Assembly (NCBI GenBank): GCA_030167865.1 | Contig: JALAGF010003172.1 | Location: 62,001-83,779, forward strand | Direction of reading: 5' to 3' | Length of the DNA stretch: 21,779 bases | Source of the DNA: Craspedostauros australis | Taxonomy: Eukaryota | In this document: in pieces, positions 1-10,927 of the stretch | Numbering within the stretch: position 1 is the first letter of the stretch | How the letters are laid out: every line of letters begins with the position of its first letter | Translations under genes and position numbers: made by a program | The notes under the pieces: model-generated | The model's database searches: none | What the model was told of the DNA's origin: nothing | Seen by the model: the letters and a program-made list of their open reading frames with translations, nothing else

Positions 1-1638
1 CGTGATGTGATGTGATGTGAGTTTGTGGAAACGGTCGTCGTGTCCCCAACTTGATGGCTTTGTCACCATGAGCACATGAGCACATGACCTTTCTTTTCTC
101 GCACAAACAAACAAGCCCTTCTCCCACCTTCTATTCCATTGTCGTGCTTCGACGTGGGTGCTCCCCTGGTACCACACCAATAGCGCCAAAATGGAGAATC
201 GGAACAACCGCGCGGGTAATATTTGCGAATACTTGGCCCACGACAAGCGCCCCCCAGCCGGAACTTTTTATCGCACGCAAACACAACACAGAGAAGGTAG
301 GAATACAGCCAAGGTGGGTCGTGGCTACGGGTACCGAGATCAGTTCGAAAATGCGTCGCGTTCGATAATGATACCTTCGCTTCCCCTGAAGTACCGCATT
401 TCCACATTCGTTCTCTTCGCTCGTTTCGGAGCGCAACAACAGTCGCTTCCTTCGTCCTTGATCGTCTTCTTGCAGAGAGAGAGGCATTGTACTCCGCATG
501 GCAACAAACCTATCAATGTAAAAAAAATCCATGTCTTCGGCAAGTTTCGTCCAAGCTCTTGGCCACATCTATTATTATCGGAGGTACCGCTGCACATAAG
601 GATCGCACCATGTCTTGCAAATGAGAAGTAGCCCCATTGATGCGATATCAATCATGAACACGAGCGGATCAGACATCCCAACACAATGCTCCGCACCTGT
701 TCTCCATCCCTATCTCTTTCTTTCCGTGGAGTTCCTCAGTTGCCGCATCCAACATCAGTCACAGGAACAAAGAACTCCACACCTGTGAGTAAGCAAGACA
801 CACATGGCCTTGTGACACTGGAAAAGTGGAGTAAGTACTCGTGACGATCCTCTGTCCGTGTCGACGCTCGCAATTGCACACGCCTACGTCCACAACAACA
901 ATGCCGCGCACAGCAACCGCTTGCTCGAAACGGGTCAACGTTGCAGGTTCGTTCCAGCAGAAGATGACCACAAAGATCAACACGAATACCAGCGACGAGA
1001 CGGTAGCATCATGAATTGGAGCGACAGGGGGCTTTGTTCGCAGAAGTCTCCAATGAGCGAGGGTGCTCTCTGCAAATGCTGGTGTGGTGTCTTCGTTCGG
1101 AAGTTGCTGGCATGAACGAAGGAGCCTGCGTCCATGGGTACCGCAATCACATCGCAACCTTGTTCCTGTGAGTACCGAGTTGGAACCGTCAACGATACAG
1201 AGAGTTCTTTGTTGGGAGAACACGAAAGAAGTCGAACAACAACTCTACCTCCGTCAACCATTTTGGCGCTAGCTTAACCGTCAAGGCGGTTAATAACCGT
1301 TAACGCGCGTCGGTTTTCACTATGATCTGCTGGTGGATGTTGTCACAAAGTGCGCACCTTTCCGGTTTCATTTCAATTCGCACAATGCATCAGCAGCAAC
1401 AGCAACAGTAACAGTAACGCCGATGAAAGTGAGATGATGACAACAATGGTGCAAGTCGTGGTGATGATGATGGTGATGATCACGGTAGGCGCGAGCGGAC
1501 TGGGTTCAACGCATCCTGCGTTGCATCATCCAACGCAACATTTCTCGCCGCTCCATTTCTTCGACGACGCACACCACAGATTCACTTGCACCCGCATTCA
1601 CGTACACAGACACACATAGACTCTACGAGGACACAAAC

Positions 1639-3417
1639 ATGCCATACAATGGACCATTCAGCCACCACAGATTGGTGATGGTGGGTCTTGCCGTCACGAC
1701 GTGCCTCTCTCAGATCAATGTCTTCGTCCTGAACCATTCCAACCTCGCTGCATCCCCGTCGGTATCATCACCATCGTCGCTGATAGCTACGAGGCTCGAT
1801 TCCTTTCAGTTGCCAGCCAACGCATCGCATGCAGGTGAAGCTGCAGCAACTGCACGGCTTCCCTTGCATCAGACGACAGGCGACAATGGCGAAGAAGACG
1901 AAGATGAAGATGAAGACAAGAAAAGAGGACATGACGAGCAGCACGATGAACAGCACTCGAAGAGAGCGCAACAACAACAGAAGGAGGCAATTCCACCAAC
2001 ATTCAATGAGGAACATGACTTCTCGAAGGGACCTCGATCCCAGCCGTACGCTGCGGGTTCTTCGTTCCAACAGATCGTGGAGAAGTATGGACATGCTAGC
2101 ATGGTGAACATCACGTTGATGACGACCAGGCAAGCATCGAATCAAACGCAACCTCCTTCATCGCTGCCTTCTGGCTGGTGCAATGTCAAACGCGGCGAAT
2201 CGTACGCGGCGGCATGGATCACCTCCACACCATCCTTGCTGAAGAACAACCGCGTCACATTGTCAGAATTGTACAATCCCAAGGCGCCGCTCAACCTGGA
2301 ACGAGGGTACTACGCAGCCATACGCAACGTCAACACTCCCATCTACCGCTCTGTCGACATGTTCGATTTCTACGTCCATCACCTGTCATCCTACGAAAAG
2401 ACGGAATCCAAGTTCAATGGACGGATCCAGTATCCGACGCTATCCGCAACAATCCAAAGACGGACAACCGAAATGATGGAGGGCTACCGACAACGTGGGC
2501 ACAACAACCCGACGGGCATTCGCAATGGCCACGTCCTCGCAATCCTCCCGTTCTACGCCACGACTGACAACAACGACGACCACCACATATTGGGCACCAG
2601 CATTGAACAACGACGAGCGTTCTTCCGTTTGACACTCCTGACGGTGGCCAACGTCTTCCCCAACGTCGTCGTGTACGTGGCCACCAAATCTGACTACGAT
2701 TACGCGCTGCAGCACAGCGAGTACATCTACGACATCCAATGGATCCGCGATCTGCGCGACCCCCAGCACCTACCTTACGCGGCATCCGTGCACACAAAAC
2801 GATTGTTGCGCAAGGGCACGTACGATCGCGACCAGTTCGATTTCGTCTATTACAGCGAGACCGATCAGATGCCGCACTTGCGCGATGTGGATGCGGTGCT
2901 GGCAGGGGCGCTGGAGATGGGGACGGTGGTTGTGCCGCATCGTGGCAAACCGTACGCGACGTACGATGATCTGGAACGCCCGGCACGGTCGCTGTCGTGG
3001 TTGCAGAAGGAAGGTGCCACCGCGGTTGCTTTGGAAGTGGAGCGCGATTGCAATGAAGCGGAGAACGGCGAGCGTGGTGGTCTTGACAAAGACCTCCTGA
3101 TCGCGGAACGATCAAAGCAAGTCGAGGAACGTTATCGCCATCATCTGGATGTGACATCATCATTGCACGTCGTAAATGTGCCCGATATCATGGCGGCGAG
3201 CTGCTGCTTCCCAGCAACGTGCCCGACGCGCAAAGAGGTCTCATTGGAACCCATCGATCCTGAATCGACAGAAGGATCACAAACCTCGTCTTCGTCGAAG
3301 GTGGTGTTGTTCCGCCAGCACGAAAGTTTCGCCCACGTTGCAGGTACGGGGAATGAGAGAATCGACGCGTACCAGGTATGCCGATTGAATGTCCACAAAC
3401 GAGAGAGATGCTCCTAA
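1639..3417 (+). CDS. Hypothetical type II membrane protein (592 aa), possibly glycosyltransferase-like
   Basis: Long ATG-to-TAA ORF. N-terminal hydrophobic anchor (LVMVGLAVTTCLSQINVFVL), then a low-complexity acidic/Gln stem, then a globular domain with FDFVYYSETDQ. This architecture is typical of Golgi-type enzymes; the function is inference only. Confidence 0.8.
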   Translation: MPYNGPFSHHRLVMVGLAVTTCLSQINVFVLNHSNLAASPSVSSPSSLIATRLDSFQLPANASHAGEAAATARLPLHQTTGDNGEEDEDEDEDKKRGHDEQHDEQHSKRAQQQQKEAIPPTFNEEHDFSKGPRSQPYAAGSSFQQIVEKYGHASMVNITLMTTRQASNQTQPPSSLPSGWCNVKRGESYAAAWITSTPSLLKNNRVTLSELYNPKAPLNLERGYYAAIRNVNTPIYRSVDMFDFYVHHLSSYEKTESKFNGRIQYPTLSATIQRRTTEMMEGYRQRGHNNPTGIRNGHVLAILPFYATTDNNDDHHILGTSIEQRRAFFRLTLLTVANVFPNVVVYVATKSDYDYALQHSEYIYDIQWIRDLRDPQHLPYAASVHTKRLLRKGTYDRDQFDFVYYSETDQMPHLRDVDAVLAGALEMGTVVVPHRGKPYATYDDLERPARSLSWLQKEGATAVALEVERDCNEAENGERGGLDKDLLIAERSKQVEERYRHHLDVTSSLHVVNVPDIMAASCCFPATCPTRKEVSLEPIDPESTEGSQTSSSSKVVLFRQHESFAHVAGTGNERIDAYQVCRLNVHKRERCS

Positions 3418-4072
3418 TGCGACTGAGACGATGGCAGAACTATGTCGGTGTAGAGGAACAAATAGTGTTCGCAGTGAAGCAGGTGCAGAAATATAGAATA
3501 TGCACATAGTACTCATACATATAATAATATGTAATATGGTACATTGAGTAGCACTTCCATTGATGGATGCTTCTTCCAAGCTACCATCTCATCACAATGT
3601 GAGCGTGTTAGAGTATGATGGAGTAGAGCAGTTCGGCACAACATGAGCTTGGTGGGACTCGGTGATCAGGTCGCGTGCCGACTTGATGCCAGCAGAGTCG
3701 TGCCAACGAAGAGAGGAACAGAAGATTTCCTTCACGTTTTCGTTGTCATCACCCAACGGTCAAAAATGCTTTCTGGGCCATCGTCACAACCCTTCAGAAC
3801 GCAACGGACCCAAAGCTGATTGAGACCATTGCTACACACTCTCTCTCTGTCTCTCTCGCAACATCTCCGTGTTAACCGATCGCCGTCGCACCACTTCTGC
3901 TGTACTCTCTACCAATAGAGAGCGTCCGTACGAGTAGCTCGTTCGCTGGTGGTTGGCATCATCAGCATCATTCACATCAGCACCAGCACCAGCACCAGCA
4001 TTGGCATCATACGGAACAAGTCGATCAACCGATCGACCAAGGGTAACACTGACAACAGTAGCGACTGCAACA

Positions 4073-5905
4073 ATGACGGCAACAATGAGTCGGCACACAC
4101 CCCCACTGATTCTTCCATGGTTTCAGTTACTGCTGCTACTAGTGGACAACAAGGGCACAACAATGACAGTCGCAGCGGAATGCCACACCTACTTGGCTCC
4201 ATCCACGATCCCTGGCGCCGGCCTCGGGGTGTTCGCAGGCAGCAAGAGCTACAAGACAGGCGACAGAGTCACGTTGCCCGACGTCGTCATCCCTGTCATT
4301 GAACTGGATTGGCACAACAACTACACGAAGTACGAATTCCTATGGAAGGACTACGTCTGGTCCGGATCCAACTTTCATGACATGGAATTGGATTCCGAGG
4401 ATGGCTTCGAAGCCCTGAGTGCGGCATCCGGCGGGATGGGGGCGGCCACCAACTGTCATATATCCTTACACAATGTTCACGACACAAAGATCCAAATGGA
4501 TCAGGGCGATGTGCCGATGGACAGTCCAGGGCTGGGCGCATTCACGCCGTACCATGGGCGTGCCTTCCATGCCATCACCGAGATCCCGGCCGGGATGGAG
4601 CTCTTTTCGGATTACGGGTACGGCTACTTTCTAGCGCGTACTCGCACTTACGGCCCGATCCCCTTTGAGGATGATTACGTGCAAGCGGATGAATTGCTGA
4701 AGAACTTTTTGGAGTTGGAATCATCGCTGCAGATCGAGCAAGCCGTGGTCGAGGATCTGTACGACGCCATGATCCAGCTCAAGGGCGAGATCTTCTCGCG
4801 CACGCTGTCGGCGCTGCCCAGCAACAGGACGCAGATCGAGCCCGTCATGCATCAAGGTGGCACGGACATGCAGGATTTCAATCGCAGCATCCGCAGCATG
4901 GAATGGCTGGAGCAGCATGGGCAGTGCATGGACAACATCAAGCCTCAAAAGTCGACGTTGCCGCATGCGGGTCGCGGTGCCTTCGCGAATCGTTTCATCG
5001 CCGCGGGGACTCTCGTGGCGCCGGCACCGTTGATCCATATCCCTGACGGTTCCATCCTCAACATGTACTATCCGTTGCATGACGAAAACTTCGAGAAGGC
5101 CCATTTTGACGAAAAGGCCCGTGATAAGATACAACGGGATCCCAACAACCCTAAGCACCACCAGCTGCTCGTCAACTACTGCTTCGCGCATCACGAATCC
5201 ACGCTCCTCATGTGTCCCTACGGAATCCTCACGGCGTTGATCAACCATCACCAGGAGAAGGCCAACACCAAGATCGTGTGGAGCGCCAACAACCGGAATC
5301 CGGAATGGAGGGAGACGCCCATCGAGGTGTGGGGCAGCCAGCCCCAAAGCGGTCTGTCCTTCGACTATGTCGCCACGCGCGACATTGAGGAGGACGAAGA
5401 GATCTTTATCGACTACGGCGATGCCTGGGAGGCGGCATGGCAAGATCACGTCGCCGACTACTACGTCGACGGCCAACCACCGCGCCCGCACTTCATGCAG
5501 GCGGCGGATCGTAACACGCGCATGGACATTCCCATACGGTTGGTCACTGATCGGCCTTACGATTTGGACGACGTGCGCGTGACGGTCATCGGACATTACG
5601 TTGAATTCAACGGCGCGCAAGGATTCGATACCAACGAGGATTACGACTGCGATGTGCTGCATCACAACAAGGACAGGGACACGTACATGGTGCAGCTGAC
5701 CTATCCGTTGACCAACGAAGAGCAATGCGTGATCGATGTGTGGGATAAGGGCGGCCATATTCTGTTCGAGCTCCCGCGTCAGGCATTCTTCTTTTACGAC
5801 GTCCAGGCCTGCACGAGGGATCATGTGCAGCTGTGGTCCTTCCGGCATCCCATGATGATTCCCGATGAGATGCTTCCAGATATCTGGAGGAACAGAGTGC
5901 CGTGA
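4073..5905 (+). CDS. Secreted/ER-type protein with two SET-like methyltransferase domains (diatom-expanded family)
   Basis: SET motifs occur twice: YLAPSTIPGAGLGVFAG...NCH...EIPAGMELFSDYG and STLPHAGRGAFA...LINHH...ATRDIEEDEEIFIDYG. Hydrophobic signal-like segment LILPWFQLLLLLV. The ORF track starts at a TTG; the first in-frame ATGs are at 4073 and 4085. Confidence 0.88.
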   Translation: MTATMSRHTPPLILPWFQLLLLLVDNKGTTMTVAAECHTYLAPSTIPGAGLGVFAGSKSYKTGDRVTLPDVVIPVIELDWHNNYTKYEFLWKDYVWSGSNFHDMELDSEDGFEALSAASGGMGAATNCHISLHNVHDTKIQMDQGDVPMDSPGLGAFTPYHGRAFHAITEIPAGMELFSDYGYGYFLARTRTYGPIPFEDDYVQADELLKNFLELESSLQIEQAVVEDLYDAMIQLKGEIFSRTLSALPSNRTQIEPVMHQGGTDMQDFNRSIRSMEWLEQHGQCMDNIKPQKSTLPHAGRGAFANRFIAAGTLVAPAPLIHIPDGSILNMYYPLHDENFEKAHFDEKARDKIQRDPNNPKHHQLLVNYCFAHHESTLLMCPYGILTALINHHQEKANTKIVWSANNRNPEWRETPIEVWGSQPQSGLSFDYVATRDIEEDEEIFIDYGDAWEAAWQDHVADYYVDGQPPRPHFMQAADRNTRMDIPIRLVTDRPYDLDDVRVTVIGHYVEFNGAQGFDTNEDYDCDVLHHNKDRDTYMVQLTYPLTNEEQCVIDVWDKGGHILFELPRQAFFFYDVQACTRDHVQLWSFRHPMMIPDEMLPDIWRNRVP

Positions 5906-6691
5906 GGGCATGTTGGTCGAGCAGTTAGGCAGTGTCAGGATGGTCGCGAGTGTGTAAGGTTGAGAGCAAACGCATCCAGATTAGAGCGAGGTGATTACGC
6001 ATACATTCGCACAATTCTAGTGTAATAACGCATCATGCAATGGAACAATATAAACTAAATTCTTGCTTTCTATCCAATAATGGTACTCTCCAGAGAGGAA
6101 GTGTTGGTAACAGGTCGTCCATGCAGAAAGAGCCCAGAAGCGGAATTGAGGCTTGGGCAGATTGATTCGTGTTTCAACAAGTCACGATAGGTACGAGGGA
6201 TCCTTTGAGTCCCGTAAACGCACTCTCAATCACGATCCACATCAACGCGAACAACGGCTCCTCCGGAACGGTGTTGCAGATTCCGGAGGAGCCAGAGGAA
6301 TTGCAACAGGTTGCAGTGTCCAGACACAACACAAGAGAAGGAAGATGGCTGTTAGGTTCCTCTCCTTTTGATGGGATAGTGCTTTGATGCAGATGCCCAA
6401 CAAAGGCGATCGAGTGCTGGTTGAGAGGCGATGGCATCAATGGAGATGACAATCTCCGGCGTTTCTGTTTCGTCGCTCAGGAATTGCGCTTCTGCGTGTG
6501 CTCCGCTCACACTCACAATGACAACTTGATGGGATGAAGAGGCGTCAAGATACAAGAGCACCGTGTCACATGTGATGACAACGCTCCTGTCCACCCGCAC
6601 ATACGAGCACAAACGAGTCGAGGAGAGAGTATTATACGAAGTTACTGGGACAGCTATTAGCCATAGCTCGTACTCAACGAATACAAACATC

Positions 6692-8699
6692 ATGCACAGC
6701 TACGGCAGCACCAACGCGCCCAACGATGACAGCCCTGCGCATTCGGATCGCGACTATCTGTTCCACGCCAGCTCCAGCATGGAGACTTATGGCGACGACG
6801 ACGTGCCGTCCGTCGGCAGAAGCGTGTCGCTGAGTCGTTTCGGGTACCCTTCGAGTCTGCGCATCCAGCACGACCTGCGAACAGCATCCACAGTCGGTGC
6901 GCTCCTCGTCTTCCTGCTGCTCGTGCTGGGCTTCGTGCAGCATAACAGCAGCAACGGTGATGTTACGAATGTGGACCAACCGGATCTGCTCCCCATATGG
7001 ACGCCGTTGCTGCGAGAGGCCATGCCACGAGCAGATTCAGTTGAAAAGCACTACGAACATCAGCTTGTGGACCATTTTGCTGCAGACCAGACTGAGCACA
7101 CCGCCGTGTTTTCGCAACGGTACTACGAATCCGAGCGTTTCTTCCAAGGTCCTGGGCATCCATTCCTCGTCATTGTTGGTGGACAGCATTCCAATGACAA
7201 AGGGCTGAGCATTCCCTTCGTGGCGGAATATCTGGCCAGCATCCTCAACGCCTACGTTCTGCAACCAGAGCATCGGTTCTATGGAAAATCCTGGCCGGTC
7301 CAGCATGTGTCACAGCAAGACGTCCACTCCAGCGACATCAACAAAGACATTGACAGCGATGGCAGTAATGATTTTCCGTCTTCGGATCGGCTAAGGCAGC
7401 TTCAAAGCCCTCATCAGACAATGGCGGACCTTGCTCAGATCGTTCAGCACATGCAGGAAGAGCATGGCTGCAGCCTCGATCCATCCAGCAAAGACTACTG
7501 CCCCGTCATTGCCGTGGGCGGTGGCATGTCGGGAGTGCTTGCTACCATGATGCGGTTGACGTATCCGAACGTTGTGGACATCGCTTACGCGTCATCCGCA
7601 CCGTTAAAACTACATACACATTATGTAAACACGCATGCGTACTTTGAAAAGATCACGCAAGTGGCAGAATCGGCGTCGTCCGGATGCTCCAATGCCGTCC
7701 ATCAGACGCTGCTGGACATCTCGGGTGCGCTTCGCGTCAACGACGACCAAGAGCCAAACTATGTCGATCTCTCTTCGAGGTTGGGCATCTGCGCTGACAC
7801 CATGCCATCACATATCCAATCATCCGTCGTGTTCCAGCAAGAGTTGGTCATGAATATCGCAAATAGGTTTGCAAAATGCAACATGGAGTACTACCCACCA
7901 GGTCCAGAGACGTCTCTTGTGGCAGCGTGCAATATCTTTCAAGATTCTACGATGTCGGCGGAAGGCAAGATCGCGTCCTACCTCATGGCCCCGAACGGCG
8001 ATGAGAGTCAGTGCTTCGATTTGTCATCGTTCGTGCGATCTAGACCGCATTCCACCTTGTCCGCAGACAACCATGAAGAGATCGGGCGCGGTCTTTCCCA
8101 AGACATTTGGGACTTGCAGGTACGTTGATCGATGGGTCATTCGGCTCTTGTCTGCCCCACTTACATGGCAACGATCTCCGTCATTCTCACACTTGATTTC
8201 CTCTTTGTTTTTTCTTGAACCTGTCACGACTCCCCTTATCTACGTGCTGCTCAATGCCACTATGCTCTCGCATTCTGCTGTTTGCCCCGCGAAGATATGC
8301 GACCTGCTCACGAATCCAGCGACGGTGACAGACGCTTCCATGTTCCCTGTGCAAGAATACAGCGACGAGTGGCTGGACCAGCACTGCCATTCCCGATCTG
8401 ACTCTGCATCGCACATCCAAGATCTGATGCATGACATCGGCGTAGATGACTTGGCGCAGCTCAGCACAACCAGGATGCTTGTCGTCAATGGCATGAACGA
8501 TGGGTGGTCCATGGCGTCGCAGTTGGAAACGCAGGTTGATTTGCGCGTGGTCAACATCCCAAGCGGCGCGCATCATAGCGAATTGTCACAAACGGGGCCG
8601 TTCGAGAATGACACATTGGACATGCAGGGGGCGTACACTCAGATTGCGCGACATTTACTCGATCTCGTGCGCGTGGCGATGGCAGAACGCAGTGTGTAG
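6692..8699 (+). CDS. Peptidase S28 (prolylcarboxypeptidase/DPP-II-like) homologue, membrane-anchored; exons 6692-8119 and 8295-8699 (~610 aa)
   Basis: S28 motifs QLVDHF, FSQRYY, EHRFYGKS, ADLA, YPNVVDIAYASSAP, NGMNDGW, GAHHSEL. N-terminal TM segment. Splicing joins WDLQ to ICDLL in frame. Confidence 0.85.
8120..8294 (+). other. Spliceosomal intron (175 nt) in the S28 gene
   Basis: CAG|GTACGT donor, pyrimidine-rich body, AAG|ATA acceptor. Removal restores the frame between the two S28-like ORFs. The exact acceptor is inferred. Confidence 0.7.
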
Positions 8700-9028
8700 C
8701 ATGATGTTCGATGATTGTTTCTGCAGGGAGCGGAAACAGAAGCTGGTGTTGGGAGAATAATTAAAGTACAGCACAGCACAGCACAGTACGAAAGAGAAGA
8801 GCAGTGTTCATGCGTGAGTAGACACAGTTCATAACGAACGACGACCACTTAATCCTTGCGGCAAGCCGATTTACTCTATGTTGCTCAAAGAGTGTGGTGG
8901 CGATAGGTCCCTCGCCTGAAGCTGGGCCTGCGGAAGCGCCAGCATCAAGAGGAAACCAGAATTGGGCAAAAACAGAGAAATGGGACGAAAAGATGAGCAA
9001 AAAGGGCTGATTCCTGCTCTTTTGGAGT

Positions 9029-9033
9029 AAAAA
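9029..9033 (-). terminator. RNA polymerase III terminator (T5)
   Basis: TTTTT 4 nt after the 5' half of the permuted tRNA on the minus strand. Confidence 0.65.
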
Positions 9034-9037
9034 GAGT

Positions 9038-9115
9038 CTGCAATCGAACGCTCTACCACTGAGCTATACTGACCTAGAGAGTCAACAACGTGAGTCGAAC
9101 ACGTGACCATTCGAA
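9038..9115 (-). tRNA. trnC-GCA: Circularly permuted tRNA-Cys(GCA): 3' half 9115-9080, linker CTCTAG, 5' half 9073-9038
   Basis: The halves reassemble into a full cloverleaf: acceptor GTCAGTA/TGTTGAC, D-arm GCTC/GAGC, anticodon stem TTCGA/TCGAA with GCA (9041-9039), T-arm ACGTG-TTCGACT-CACGT, and U73 discriminator (Cys identity). Confidence 0.88.
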
Positions 9116-9146
9116 TACTGCTTCGCTGACGTGCTGAGCGAAAAAC

Positions 9147-9153
9147 ATATTTA
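9147..9153 (-). promoter_or_regulatory. TATA-like element upstream of the permuted tRNA
   Basis: TAAATAT begins 38 nt upstream of the 3' half. A similarly placed AT-rich box lies at the other copy. Confidence 0.4.
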
Positions 9154-9349
9154 TGAACTCTTGAATTGGTGCTGCTGCACAACAACAAATCTTCATTTGT
9201 TCTGCCCCAACCCAACAGGCATTCCCGATCCACCCATCCACCCACCACACATGCTCATTCAGTGGCAGCCAGCACACTTCACAAAGAGAGCGCGAGGGAA
9301 CTCAACAGCAGCATCCAATAGCATCCATGATGAAAGCAACAAAGATTGC

Positions 9350-10129
9350 ATGAGCAACAACTTTCCTGTGGCCAATGCAACTGCAGTGATCGATGATAGC
9401 AACGATGACGCTGAGATGGCCGACGTGAGACACATGAACAACAGCAAACGGTTCGAGACCGCCAGCTGCAGAATGGTGCAACAGACGCACGGGGTCGCAT
9501 CCCTACGACGCATTCCGAATGCATCTGTCAGACCGTACGATGAAGAGGGAATGGATTCTACAGATTCTGCGGAGAACGAGAATGCACCAGGTCGTGGCAC
9601 CATCACGGTGATCCCTGGGGCCGATCTAGCTGTTTGAGGCAACAGCAACAACGTGAATCCCGATGGCTCCCCCATCGCAATCCAGGAGGCGATTGGAGAT
9701 GCCGATATTTCAACGAGGAGCGTGAGAACGACCAAGGCCAACTGGGAGGCAACATTCGGCGTGTTCATCGTCATGGTGGCTCTGACCACCTTTTCGACGA
9801 TGATGATATTGGACTATGAAGAGCCTCCTCACGACAGGTTTTCGTTCAGTAATTCGAACAATGGCGATGTGTGGACTCCTCCAATCCCACCACCGACGCT
9901 TTCATCTTGCGATGGATTTTCCTTCGCTTGGTTCGACCATGAAGCGACAGATGCGCTGCGAGCTTCGGTTGACGGAAGCTTCGGAATAAGCGACACAAGC
10001 AGCAAAAACATGTGCCTCGAACAATGCAAGTTGTTAGAGCGAGGGTTAGTGGGCCACTTCTTCGTGTCCACGAAGCCTGACTTCTGGAAAGGTGACCGGG
10101 ATTGCATGCGCTATCCAAACCCTTTGTGA
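9350..10129 (+). pseudogene. Single-pass membrane protein with Cys-containing ectodomain, interrupted by in-frame TGA (9635-9637)
   Basis: ORFs 9131-9637 and 9653-10129 are in the same frame. Read-through gives a low-complexity N-terminus, IPGADLAV*G, a TM segment (FGVFIVMVALTTFSTMMIL), a Pro-rich linker and a CLEQC-containing domain. The 3' end is uncertain (possible GTGAGT donor near 10126). Confidence 0.5.
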
Positions 10130-10927
10130 GTTTGTCTCGAAAGGGCCCCTCTCATGACGACAGGAAGTGGCACCATTCGATCAAAGATTCGCATCCTGAC
10201 CGATGGTTGCCTGTAGCACGGCGACCATCGAGCAGCTGGTGTGCTCAACGAGTATTCTCCTCTACGATCGCTCTGTTGCTTTGATGAAATACATATGCGA
10301 CGATCAATTGACTAGGACTCGTATGCACATTCATGAGTATTGCGGTGTATTCTCCGAATTTGCGCGCTCGCCAACTGGGATACGTGAGCTTGGCTCAAGT
10401 GAGAACGTCCAGTGTGAGCAATAAGCACAGGCTGGCGTCAATCAACTTGGCTTGAGGGATCCCTGCCCATGTGCTCAGCCCGGCCACAAAGTCCAGGAGA
10501 CATGAGGACCATCCAACGCTCCGCGCATCACATTGAAATTCGTGGTGCCGACCCCGATGGCTGATGGCTTCCAAATGACCTCAATCACCCTCGTCTGCGT
10601 TCAGCAAGCACGTCAACTGCGAAAAGAATGAGTACCGCGATATTAGTATGCATGTTCTTGCGACGCTTACAATCAAGTTGGACAATCCAATCAAGTTAGA
10701 TGGCATGTGGCAACCACTCGATCGCACCTGGGAGTTCCTCGAGCCCGTGAGGAGCACCGTGCATTCATTGAAACCCAAACTATGATGGGCCAGCAATCAG
10801 GTACACGGTCTCGGCATTTCATCGTAGAATGTCTGTGAAGAAGGCAATAGCACACATGTGATACAATGTAAATGGATACAATGTAAATGGATACGATCTA
10901 TGGTATGGCATGGTATAATCTGGAACT

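Larger units (their letters stand above)
8941..9122 (-). repeat. Copy 1 of a ~180-bp inverted duplication (permuted tRNA plus 3' trailer); partner at 13291-13472
   Basis: Reverse complement aligns to 13291-13472: 1 difference in 72 tRNA nt, 4 of 6 in the linker, 4 in the next 65 nt, then about two-thirds identity for 32 nt (manual alignment). Confidence 0.92.

Noticed and set aside
63-1261. Possible spliced or decayed gene on the minus strand
   Set aside because: Only short overlapping ORFs with stops and no recognisable domain; no consistent exon model could be built.
4721-5911. 396-aa antisense ORF (and similar ones at 2414-3163 and 11534-11983)
   Set aside because: Shadow ORFs opposite well-supported genes, expected from codon bias.
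8871-9248. Similar short ORFs at both tRNA loci (MVTCSTHVVDS.GQYSSVVERSIADSF; also 13303-13638)
   Set aside because: They are translations of the duplicated tRNA sequence, not proteins.
10860-10920. 15-bp tandem duplication GATACAATGTAAATG and ATGGY runs
   Set aside because: Short simple repeats in a probable 3' UTR, with no evidence of function.
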